Position numbers and translations under genes: made by a program. The notes beneath the pieces are model-generated. The model made no database searches. It was not told the origin of the DNA and saw only the letters and a program-made list of their open reading frames with translations. This document shows positions 24,513 to 32,000 of a stretch of 32,000 nucleotides of DNA, one piece after another. Position 1 is the stretch's first letter, and each line of letters opens with the position of its first letter. Origin of the DNA: Bacteroidetes bacterium ADurb.Bin013 (GTDB lineage: Bacteria; Bacteroidota; Bacteroidia; Bacteroidales; UBA932); contig MWFB01000004.1 of assembly GCA_002071385.1 (NCBI GenBank), positions 1 through 32,000 of the forward strand, read 5' to 3'.

Positions 24513-25686
24513 ACATCTTATCCACTATGACGGCAATGGCCCCGTCACCGGTTACATTGCACGCCGTTCCAAAACTATCCATCGCAATATACAGTGATAT
24601 CATCAATCCTGTTGCCTCGGGGTCAAAACCCAGAACAGACTGAAGTACCCCTATAGCAGCCATGATGGCCCCCCCGGGAACACCGGGTGCTGCTATCATC
24701 GTAATAGCCAGCAGGAAAATAAATCCCACAAAGACAGCCGGGTCAACCGGTATGTTCATCATAATCATGACCGCCAGGGCACAGGCGGTTATCTTTAGCA
24801 TGCTCCCGGACAGGTGCACCGTTGCACACAACGGGATGACAGATCCTGCTATGCGCGGATCTATGCCTAAACTGATGGTCTGGCGCAATGTCACCGGAAT
24901 GGTTGCCGCAGAGGACTGCGTCCCCAGTGCCGTCACGTAGGCGGTAAGCATGGTGCGCAGCATGGTAAAAGGATTTCTTCTTGCTACCAGGCCGGCAACC
25001 GAAAATTGAAACACCAGGAGGATAACGGTCAGGATGAAAATCAATATTACAATCTTAACGAACACTCCCATTACCTGGACGACATGGCCTTCGGCTGCCA
25101 TTTTCATAAAAATGCCGAAAATAAAGAGAGGCAATAAGGGAATAATCACCCCTGATATGGTCTTGTTCACAATTTCACGGAATCCCAGGAGTGCCTGTTT
25201 CAGGACATCCCCGTTGTTGATGATGGTCAGTCCCAGACCCAGTACAAAGGCAAGAACCAGTGCCGGCATCACTCCAAACAGGGGGGAAAAATCCAGGGTG
25301 AAATACGGTACAAGCTGCTCTCCGGCAGACAATCCGTTTTCTGCCGGAGATGCCATGGTCATGGCAGTTTCTGCTCCATCCAGCAAGATTGGATATACCA
25401 ATTTACAGGCTAATAAGGTAAAAAAACCGGTCAATACAGTGGAACCGTACGCCAGTGCCATGGTTGTGCCCAGCATTTTACCGGCACCCTTTCCCAATTC
25501 TGCGATTCCCGGGGCAATGAGGCCCACTATAATGAGCGGGACAATAAAATCAAGGAAGTTGCTAAAAAGACCGTTGAATGTCAAAAAGATCCGTAACGCC
25601 CAGGTTGGGAAGAACAATCCCGACAGAATTCCGAGTATGATGGCTATGGCAACCCGGGCAAGTAAGCCGATCTTCCATTTCTTCAT
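24505..25686 (-). CDS. DAACS-family cation symporter, SstT-like neutral amino-acid type
   Basis: This is a 393-aa polytopic protein. Its C-terminal motif DSFGTACNVTGDG corresponds to the DxxRT..NVxGD site of glutamate transporters. The Arg is replaced here, as it is in Ser/Thr carriers. Confidence 0.7.
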   Translation of the reverse strand: MKKWKIGLLARVAIAIILGILSGLFFPTWALRIFLTFNGLFSNFLDFIVPLIIVGLIAPGIAELGKGAGKMLGTTMALAYGSTVLTGFFTLLACKLVYPILLDGAETAMTMASPAENGLSAGEQLVPYFTLDFSPLFGVMPALVLAFVLGLGLTIINNGDVLKQALLGFREIVNKTISGVIIPLLPLFIFGIFMKMAAEGHVVQVMGVFVKIVILIFILTVILLVFQFSVAGLVARRNPFTMLRTMLTAYVTALGTQSSAATIPVTLRQTISLGIDPRIAGSVIPLCATVHLSGSMLKITACALAVMIMMNIPVDPAVFVGFIFLLAITMIAAPGVPGGAIMAAIGVLQSVLGFDPEATGLMISLYIAMDSFGTACNVTGDGAIAVIVDKMYA

Positions 25687-25691
25687 GGTTA

Positions 25692-25699
25692 CAAAGATA
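25692..25699 (-). promoter_or_regulatory. -7 box TATCTTTG ending 5 nt before the symporter ATG
   Basis: The reverse complement of 25692-25699 is TATCTTTG, followed by TAACC and then the ATG at 25686. Confidence 0.5.
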
Positions 25700-25721
25700 A
25701 TACATAATCAGTCGTTTTCTT

Positions 25722-25729
25722 TATCTTTG
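25722..25729 (+). promoter_or_regulatory. -7 box TATCTTTG for guaB
   Basis: TATCTTTG occupies 25722-25729, 19 nt upstream of the guaB ATG at 25749. It is an inverted copy of the box at 25692-25699. Confidence 0.5.
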
Positions 25730-25748
25730 CAGGATAAAATCTTAGGCC

Positions 25749-27218
25749 ATGAAATCAATAAGTGATCGGATACTCTATGAAGGGCTCACCTTTGACGATG
25801 TGCTGCTCCTGCCTGCCGCCTCTGCTGTTCTTCCCCGGGAAGTGGACCTGACTACACGTTTTTCAAGGAATATCATACTCAGTACCCCTATAGTGTCATC
25901 TGCGATGGATACTGTGACAGATGCCACCCTTGCCATAGCCATCGCGCGTGAAGGCGGCCTGGGGGTGATCCATAAGAACATGACCATTGAACAACAAATG
26001 GAACATGTGAGGAAAGTAAAGCGATCCGAGAGCGGGATGATCTATGATCCCATTGTCATAGGACCGGAAGCTACCGTAGGTGATGCACTCCGGCTGATGG
26101 CCGAGAACAGCATTGGAGGAATACCGGTGGTTGACAGTAAGCATAGGCTTATTGGCATAGTGACCAATCGTGACCTCCGTTTTGTGAACAATGACTCCAC
26201 TCCCATCACAGAAGTCATGACAAAGGAAAACCTGATTACCATCCGTAACGGGGCCGATCTGAGCACTGCCACAGAATTGCTCAAGAAGTACAAGATTGAG
26301 AAACTACCGGTAGTAGACGAGAATTATAAACTTATAGGACTGCTGACATTCAGGGATATAAGAAAAATCAAGGATAATCCCAGGGCAACCAAAGACAGCA
26401 AAGGACGGCTTCGTACGGCAGCAGCTGTTGGAGTACGGGCCAATACCCTGGAACACATAGAAAAACTCCTGTCAGTAGATATTGATGCGGTAGTCATTGA
26501 CACAGCGCACGGTCATTCAATCAGCGTTCTGGAAACGTTGCGTAAAGCAAAAAAAGCATTTCCTCACCTTGATATTGTAGCCGGTAATGTGGCCACTGCT
26601 ACCGGCGCACTCGCCCTTGCCGAATGCGGGGCAGATGCTGTCAAGGTTGGCATTGGCCCCGGTTCTATCTGTACCACACGCGTGGTTGCAGGTGTAGGAG
26701 TTCCGCAATTATCGGCAATCATGGGAGCTTATAGCGTGCTTAAGGACAAGGGTGTTCCTGTAATTGCCGACGGCGGCGTGCGGTATTCGGGGGATATGGT
26801 CAAGGCTTTGGCGGCAGGGGCCGATACCGTTATGGCCGGATCGCTTTTCGCCGGAGTGGAAGAGTCTCCGGGTGAGACCATCATCCTGAACGGAAGAAAA
26901 TTCAAGAGCTACCGTGGCATGGGATCCCTGGAAGCCATGCAACAAGGGTCCAAAGACCGTTATTTCCAGGATGCCGAGGAAGATGTGAAAAAACTGGTCC
27001 CCGAAGGCATTGTCGCCCAGGTTCCCTACAAGGGAACATTGAGCGAAGTCTTTTACCAGCTGGCGGGAGGACTTCGTGCCGGAATGGGATACTGCGGCAC
27101 ACCGGACCTGGCATCACTGAAAAAAGCAGAATTCGTACGCATCACATCTGCCGGTGTCATAGAAAACCATCCGCACGACGTGACTATTACCCGTGAAGCT
27201 CCCAATTATTCCAGATAA
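25749..27218 (+). CDS. guaB: IMP dehydrogenase
   Basis: Matching strings are [11 protein letters not shown] and SSAMDTVT, a CBS-pair insert, and the catalytic loop [11 protein letters not shown]. Length is 489 aa. Confidence 0.97.
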   Translation: MKSISDRILYEGLTFDDVLLLPAASAVLPREVDLTTRFSRNIILSTPIVSSAMDTVTDATLAIAIAREGGLGVIHKNMTIEQQMEHVRKVKRSESGMIYDPIVIGPEATVGDALRLMAENSIGGIPVVDSKHRLIGIVTNRDLRFVNNDSTPITEVMTKENLITIRNGADLSTATELLKKYKIEKLPVVDENYKLIGLLTFRDIRKIKDNPRATKDSKGRLRTAAAVGVRANTLEHIEKLLSVDIDAVVIDTAHGHSISVLETLRKAKKAFPHLDIVAGNVATATGALALAECGADAVKVGIGPGSICTTRVVAGVGVPQLSAIMGAYSVLKDKGVPVIADGGVRYSGDMVKALAAGADTVMAGSLFAGVEESPGETIILNGRKFKSYRGMGSLEAMQQGSKDRYFQDAEEDVKKLVPEGIVAQVPYKGTLSEVFYQLAGGLRAGMGYCGTPDLASLKKAEFVRITSAGVIENHPHDVTITREAPNYSR

Positions 27219-27226
27219 AAACGGTC

Positions 27227-28093
27227 ATGAAAAAGTGGATCCTCATACTACTCCTTTTGACAACGCTGACTTCCTGCCACCAGATCAGACGATGGTTGGG
27301 GAACGAACCGGAAAGGGTGGCCCAGATTGGAAAAGAGATTCTCTACATTGACGAGGTTGAGGGATTGTTGAAAAGCGCCGCCACTTCTGATGATTCTCTG
27401 AACCTTGTCAATCACTATATTGACCTTTGGGCCATCGATAACCTTTTGCTGAAAAAGGCCGAGGCTGATCTATCCAAAGAAGACAAGGATGTGGACCAGG
27501 AATTGGCCGATTACAGGAAATCCCTGCTGGTCTTCAGGTACCAGAAAAAATACGTGGAAGAACGTATCGACACGGTCATAGAACAAGAAGAGATCTTGGC
27601 CTATTACCAAGACAATCTTGAACTATTCCTGCTGGACGATCCTCTTCTCAAGCTCAGGTTGATAAAAATGAGGCTCCACTCGCCTTACCTTCCCATGGTG
27701 CGCAATATTTACCGATCCAACACCATTGAAGACCAGACGCAATTGAGACGTTTGTGCGAAAGCTCTGCAGAAATCGACACGGATTATGAAGGCAAGTGGC
27801 TTACCGGTCAGGAATTGGCACAGGATTTGCCGGTTGGCAACATGGACAAGATACAGGCATTGAAAGCAGACGGATACATAGATACGCGTGACAGCCTGTA
27901 TGCCTACCTTGTAAGGGTATATGACTTTGTTCCGGCCGGTGAACCTGCACCCATAGAACAGACAGAAGCAAGAATACGCCAGATCATCATAATTAAAAGA
28001 AAACAGAAATTGCTGGAAGACCTTGAAGTTGAGGTGTTGAAAGAGGGCTGGAACAAACAAATGATAAAAATCTACAGAAAAAATGAAGATTAA
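27227..28093 (+). CDS. Lipoprotein, SurA-N-terminal-domain-like periplasmic chaperone candidate
   Basis: It has a lipobox (LTTLTSC) and a helical, charged body. It sits directly upstream of surA and overlaps it. I recognised no parvulin motif. Confidence 0.4.
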   Translation: MKKWILILLLLTTLTSCHQIRRWLGNEPERVAQIGKEILYIDEVEGLLKSAATSDDSLNLVNHYIDLWAIDNLLLKKAEADLSKEDKDVDQELADYRKSLLVFRYQKKYVEERIDTVIEQEEILAYYQDNLELFLLDDPLLKLRLIKMRLHSPYLPMVRNIYRSNTIEDQTQLRRLCESSAEIDTDYEGKWLTGQELAQDLPVGNMDKIQALKADGYIDTRDSLYAYLVRVYDFVPAGEPAPIEQTEARIRQIIIIKRKQKLLEDLEVEVLKEGWNKQMIKIYRKNED

Positions 28094-29447
28094 TAAAATT
28101 GCTTCAAGCCTGCTTTTTTTCCTATCAATAACGACTTTCGCATTTGGTCAAAAATACGCCAACGGCCTGGTAGATAAGGTTATCGCACTTGTCGGGAACG
28201 AAATGATCCAGCTTTCAGCCATAGAAGAAGAAGTGCAGATGCAAATTATGCAGGGAATCATCACCGACAAGAACCTGCGCTGCGAAATATTGGAGAACAT
28301 GCTGGTATCCAAGCTCATGCTTAATCAAGCCCGCTTAGACAGCCTGACAGTCAATGAAGAATATGTGGAGCTGGAACTGGAGAACAGGCTTCAGGAGATC
28401 AAGACACGTCTGGGCGGAGAAAAAGCAACGGAAGACTATTTTCACAAACCGATTTTCAAACTGAAACAGGAATGGCGGGACCTGTTCCGCGAGCAGAGCC
28501 TCACACGTGACATGCAATATGCCATAACCGATAAAATCCCCGACATGACACCCAAGGATATCGAGGATTTTTACGACCGTACCTCAAAAGACAGCATGCC
28601 CATAATTCCCACCCAATACCAGCTCAGCCAGATAGTTCTATACCCGCCCAAAGAGGAAGCCATCCTGCTGGTCAAGGAGCGTCTTCTCGAGTTCCGTGAA
28701 AGAATTATCAATGGGGAACGTTTCAACACACTGGCCACACTCTATTCACAGGATCCTTATTCGGCCATGCGGGGAGGAGAACTGGGCATGGCGGCCAAGC
28801 AAATGTACTGGCCTGCTTTTGGTGATGCAGCCATTGTCTTGAAAGAAGGACAGGTATCACAAATTGTGGAAACCCCTGACGGATTCCATCTGATCCAGAT
28901 GATTGAACGCGAAGGAGATATGTTCAATGCACGCCATATACTCCTCAAACCCGACGTGCTTACTGCAGACAAGCTGAAATGCCTGGGACGCCTGGACAGT
29001 ATTGCCACAGCCATCAAATCGGACAGTCTCACATTTGAAAAGGCTGCCATGAAATATTCCGGAGATCCGCCTTCCCGTCTTAATGGGGGACGTATGTCGG
29101 ACGAAAACTCCGGGTCCATGCTCTTTGACAAAGACCAGCTCAAGACAAATGATTATAATGTGCTCAAAGACATGAAGGAAGGCGATATTTCCTTTGCTTT
29201 TGAAAGCCGGGACAATGAAGGACGTGATGGGAATGTCATCTATAAGATAATCCGTCTGGACAAGATCGTTCCCTCCCATGTGGCCAATCTCCAGGATGAT
29301 TACTACATCATTCAGAATATGTCTAAAGAGAAGGAAAGCCAGAATGCCGTAGAAAGATTCATCAAAGAAAAACAACAGACCACATACATCCGTATTGACC
29401 CCCTGTTCAGGGATTGTCCCTTCAAGCGGGAAGGCTGGATCAAATAA
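28083..29447 (+). CDS. surA: SurA-like peptidyl-prolyl isomerase/chaperone
   Basis: A signal peptide is followed by a chaperone domain. A parvulin-type segment follows (SQIVL...GGELGMAA...FGDAAIVLKEGQVSQIVETPDGFHLIQMIER), and then a second, degenerate segment beginning ARHILLKP. Confidence 0.75.
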   Translation: MKINKIASSLLFFLSITTFAFGQKYANGLVDKVIALVGNEMIQLSAIEEEVQMQIMQGIITDKNLRCEILENMLVSKLMLNQARLDSLTVNEEYVELELENRLQEIKTRLGGEKATEDYFHKPIFKLKQEWRDLFREQSLTRDMQYAITDKIPDMTPKDIEDFYDRTSKDSMPIIPTQYQLSQIVLYPPKEEAILLVKERLLEFRERIINGERFNTLATLYSQDPYSAMRGGELGMAAKQMYWPAFGDAAIVLKEGQVSQIVETPDGFHLIQMIEREGDMFNARHILLKPDVLTADKLKCLGRLDSIATAIKSDSLTFEKAAMKYSGDPPSRLNGGRMSDENSGSMLFDKDQLKTNDYNVLKDMKEGDISFAFESRDNEGRDGNVIYKIIRLDKIVPSHVANLQDDYYIIQNMSKEKESQNAVERFIKEKQQTTYIRIDPLFRDCPFKREGWIK

Positions 29448-31663
29448 TGAAAAAACACCGGGTTCTGCTACTTTTCCTTTTTTTGGCCGGGTTGATCACA
29501 GCCCGGAGCAATACAGTCCTGACCATAAGACAGGAAAGGACAGAGGAAGACAAAGTACACCTTATCAGTGCCCAGATGGCCGAGATGTATGAACTTTTTG
29601 GTGTCAGTTACCGGAAAATCACTGGTCCTGCCCGTTTCCTTCACAATAACACGTATATTCTCTGTGACACAGCTATCTGGAATACAGCAGAAAACATAAT
29701 AGATGCTGTGGGAAATATTCAAATCATCCAGGAAGGCACGCGGCTGACAGGAGAAACCATTCATTACCTGGGGGACCTCAACACGGCAGAAGTCCGGGGT
29801 CGTGTGGTTGAACTCATAGATAAGGAAGAAAACCGGTTGCGTACTCAATACCTGAATTTCAACACGAAAGATAGCATAGCCTATTTTTTCAATGGTGGCA
29901 GCGTGGTCGACAACGAAGGAACCATACTGGAAAGCCGCAGGGGTTATTATTATTCAAAGGAAAAACTTTTCTGCCTGTATGAGCACGTGGAAATGGGCAC
30001 CGACACACTCAGGATAAAAGCCGATTCCCTGTATTATCATTCCGATTCGAATTTGGCAGAATTCTGGGGAAATGTACAGGCCTGGCATACCGATGGTTTC
30101 CTCACCTCCCGGGAAGGCACCTATCACAGAGATGAAGAATTGTACCATTTCCTGGACGATGTCTTCATCCGCTCGGACGAACAGGAAATCAGGGCCGAAG
30201 ATGTGCTGTACAACAAGGGAAGCAATTCCGGCATATTGCGCAATAATGTACAGGTCAGGGACACGACCCAGCAGATCCACATCCTGGGCGACAGGCTGGA
30301 TTTCCGGAGAGAACCGGATTGGGTCAGGGTAACGGAAGATCCCGTTTTGGTCGTCTGGGAGATTGACAGTGAAACGAACCGCAGGGATTCGCTATTCCTT
30401 CGTGCCGACACCCTGCTCGCCTATACATCCACATATGGGAAAATGGACTCCCTGGAGCGTGTGCGTGCCTTTGAAAGGCAGGAGATTCCTGAACGGAAGA
30501 GACCGGCAGCTGCCCCTGATTCCATCATACTTCCCGATTCCTCTTCGCATGCAATGCCCGGTTCTGTAAACCTGCCAGGATCCCCTGCCCTGCCCGAAAA
30601 GGACTCCCTCCCGCCTGCAAAGGACTCCCTGCCGTCCGGCAGGGATACCATCCCGGATCCCACGGCAGAAGCGGCCGTAAATTACCTCAGGCAAAATCTG
30701 CGTGATGTGCAGGTGTTCCTGGTCCGGGCGGACAGCACCCTCCTTGCCGATGTAAAGATTTTGGGTGACAGTCTGTTCAATACTACTGACGTGCACTTTT
30801 TATACGGTTACAACAATGTCAGGGTGTACAAAAGTGACATACAGTCTATATGCGACTCCTTGGTATTCAACAGCATAGATTCAGTTGTGCGGCAATATGG
30901 AAAGCCTGTACTGTGGAATGAGGAAAGCCAGTTAAGTGCAGACAGCATCCAGTTCCGGTTCAGCAGGGATTCCCTCTACCGGGTTGATTTTCTTTCCGCC
31001 GCATTCCTCATTTCCCAGGAAGAACAGGTGTTCTTCCACCAGATCAAGGCAGACCTCATGTACGCTCACATCAGCGATAATGATGTCAACCGGTTCGACG
31101 CCCTGAAAAACACTAGGGCTCTTTTCTACATTCCCGAAGACAGCATCATCACTTCCCTGAACATTAAAGAATGTGAAGAAATGAAAGTCATCCTGAAAGA
31201 CAGGCGGGCTCAGCGCATAACCTATAAAAAATCGGTAAAGAGCGATCTGATACCCCTGTATGACCTGACCAAAGAACAGGAGCGGCTATCGGGTTTCGAC
31301 TGGAGAGGCGCTGAAAGGCCACTGGACCGCACTTCCATAACTTCACGTACTATAGAGGAGACCTTTTCAGAACCAGGGATCATTTATAAAGAACCCTTGT
31401 TCCCCTATACCCTTAAATATTTTCCATTTGTCCACGCCTTGCCTTCAACACTGCGTACCGGTGTAACCACAGATGCCGTGAAGGAACTCAGTCAGAGGGA
31501 AAGGGAAAACAAGGTCAATCCTTACATTCCGCTTAAGGAAATACCGGCAGCTCCTGCACAGCAGGACAACATTCCGGCAAAACGGGATACCATTCCGGCT
31601 CAGACCAGGAGAATAAGACCTGTTCAGGAGCGCAGGCAGCTACAGATTCAGGAAATTGAATAA
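29447..31663 (+). CDS. Large OstA/LptA-like beta-jellyroll repeat protein with proline-rich linkers
   Basis: The ATG shares one nt with the surA stop codon (TAATG), and a signal peptide follows. OstA-like segments recur, of the form ...AD.L.Y......A...GNV.I... (for example ILCDTAIWNTAENIIDAVGNIQIIQ and IKADSLYYHSDSNLAEFWGNVQAW). Confidence 0.6.
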   Translation: MKKHRVLLLFLFLAGLITARSNTVLTIRQERTEEDKVHLISAQMAEMYELFGVSYRKITGPARFLHNNTYILCDTAIWNTAENIIDAVGNIQIIQEGTRLTGETIHYLGDLNTAEVRGRVVELIDKEENRLRTQYLNFNTKDSIAYFFNGGSVVDNEGTILESRRGYYYSKEKLFCLYEHVEMGTDTLRIKADSLYYHSDSNLAEFWGNVQAWHTDGFLTSREGTYHRDEELYHFLDDVFIRSDEQEIRAEDVLYNKGSNSGILRNNVQVRDTTQQIHILGDRLDFRREPDWVRVTEDPVLVVWEIDSETNRRDSLFLRADTLLAYTSTYGKMDSLERVRAFERQEIPERKRPAAAPDSIILPDSSSHAMPGSVNLPGSPALPEKDSLPPAKDSLPSGRDTIPDPTAEAAVNYLRQNLRDVQVFLVRADSTLLADVKILGDSLFNTTDVHFLYGYNNVRVYKSDIQSICDSLVFNSIDSVVRQYGKPVLWNEESQLSADSIQFRFSRDSLYRVDFLSAAFLISQEEQVFFHQIKADLMYAHISDNDVNRFDALKNTRALFYIPEDSIITSLNIKECEEMKVILKDRRAQRITYKKSVKSDLIPLYDLTKEQERLSGFDWRGAERPLDRTSITSRTIEETFSEPGIIYKEPLFPYTLKYFPFVHALPSTLRTGVTTDAVKELSQRERENKVNPYIPLKEIPAAPAQQDNIPAKRDTIPAQTRRIRPVQERRQLQIQEIE
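30599..30661 (+). repeat. Three tandem 21-bp (7-aa) units: KDSLPPA, KDSLPSG, RDTIPDP
   Basis: The units are in frame within the OstA-like CDS at 30599-30619, 30620-30640 and 30641-30661. Two more units (QDNIPAK, RDTIPAQ) lie at 31562-31603. Confidence 0.8.
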
Positions 31664-32000
31664 TTGTAACGCATTCTTTGCGTCATTCAGGTTCAGCTTG
31701 TTTTCAGCGATATATTTGTCAATATCGTCTTTTCTGTCGGGAAACATTCTTTTGAAATTCCGGACGTTGGCAATAAACAATTTGCTGCCATCATACAGTA
31801 AGCCAAAATGGGTAAGAGTATACGGGACATGCCTCAGGCTCTTCAACCTGATAGCAGTATTACCTTCCACACCATACATCATATCGACGTTGGTGATTGA
31901 CGATGTGACATCAGTTGTTCCATAAGCTCCGATTTTCACATCCTGGTGAATTTTCAAAACTGATTTCAGGCAGAAGGCAGCTGTTCCGCTTGTAGCCAGG
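31640..32000 (-). CDS. Hypothetical protein, partial. The frame stays open to the window end.
   Basis: There is no in-frame stop codon between 31957 and 32000. The upstream residues LATSGTAAFCLKS look like the end of a lipoprotein signal. I recognise no family. Confidence 0.4.
   Translation of the reverse strand, partial: LATSGTAAFCLKSVLKIHQDVKIGAYGTTDVTSSITNVDMMYGVEGNTAIRLKSLRHVPYTLTHFGLLYDGSKLFIANVRNFKRMFPDRKDDIDKYIAENKLNLNDAKNALQLFNFLNL

Overview
This is a chromosomal, mostly housekeeping segment that looks like a Bacteroidota (Bacteroidales-like) genome. The evidence is repeated TAnnTTTG -7 boxes, many lipoprotein and Tat signals, and GH2/GH97/OstA-like gene content. From left to right on the + strand the window holds the following.

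- **1-1975:** the 5' ~1.97 kb of a 23S rRNA gene on the minus strand, which appears unlinked to any 16S or spacer tRNA.
- **2213-6085:** an overlapping peptide-salvage operon of an M15B carboxypeptidase, an OPT transporter and PepT.
- **6078-8948:** a lipase-like lipoprotein, GalM and a cyclase/formamidase-like gene.
- **8992-14791:** a single 1265-aa ORF fusing a glycerophosphodiesterase domain to an intact GH2 beta-galactosidase. A GH97 gene follows after a 1-nt spacer.
- **14745-15915:** a zeta-toxin-like P-loop kinase with no partner gene, divergent from a SpoU/TrmH methyltransferase.
- **15894-23003:** a minus-strand chain of NlpC/P60 endopeptidase, Tat-signal dipeptide epimerase, an unknown 91-aa ORF, metH (GTG start) and metF.
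- **23060-25686:** a TIGR01212 radical SAM gene, a LOG-family gene and a neutral amino-acid symporter.
- **25749-31663:** guaB, followed by a SurA-like lipoprotein, SurA and a large OstA-like protein.
- **31640-32000:** a partial gene for an unknown protein.

I saw no CRISPR array, tRNA, transposase or integrase. The points most worth follow-up are:

- the GDPD-GH2 fusion;
- the unlinked 23S gene with its own consensus promoter;
- a recurring arrangement in which -7 boxes sit 4-6 nt from start codons in back-to-back divergent promoters, which predicts leaderless mRNAs;
- extreme gene packing, with about 1% non-coding sequence and all six convergent gene pairs overlapping;
- the unknown small ORF overlapping the metH start, which suggests translational coupling.

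All functional calls come from motif recognition by eye. No database search was run.
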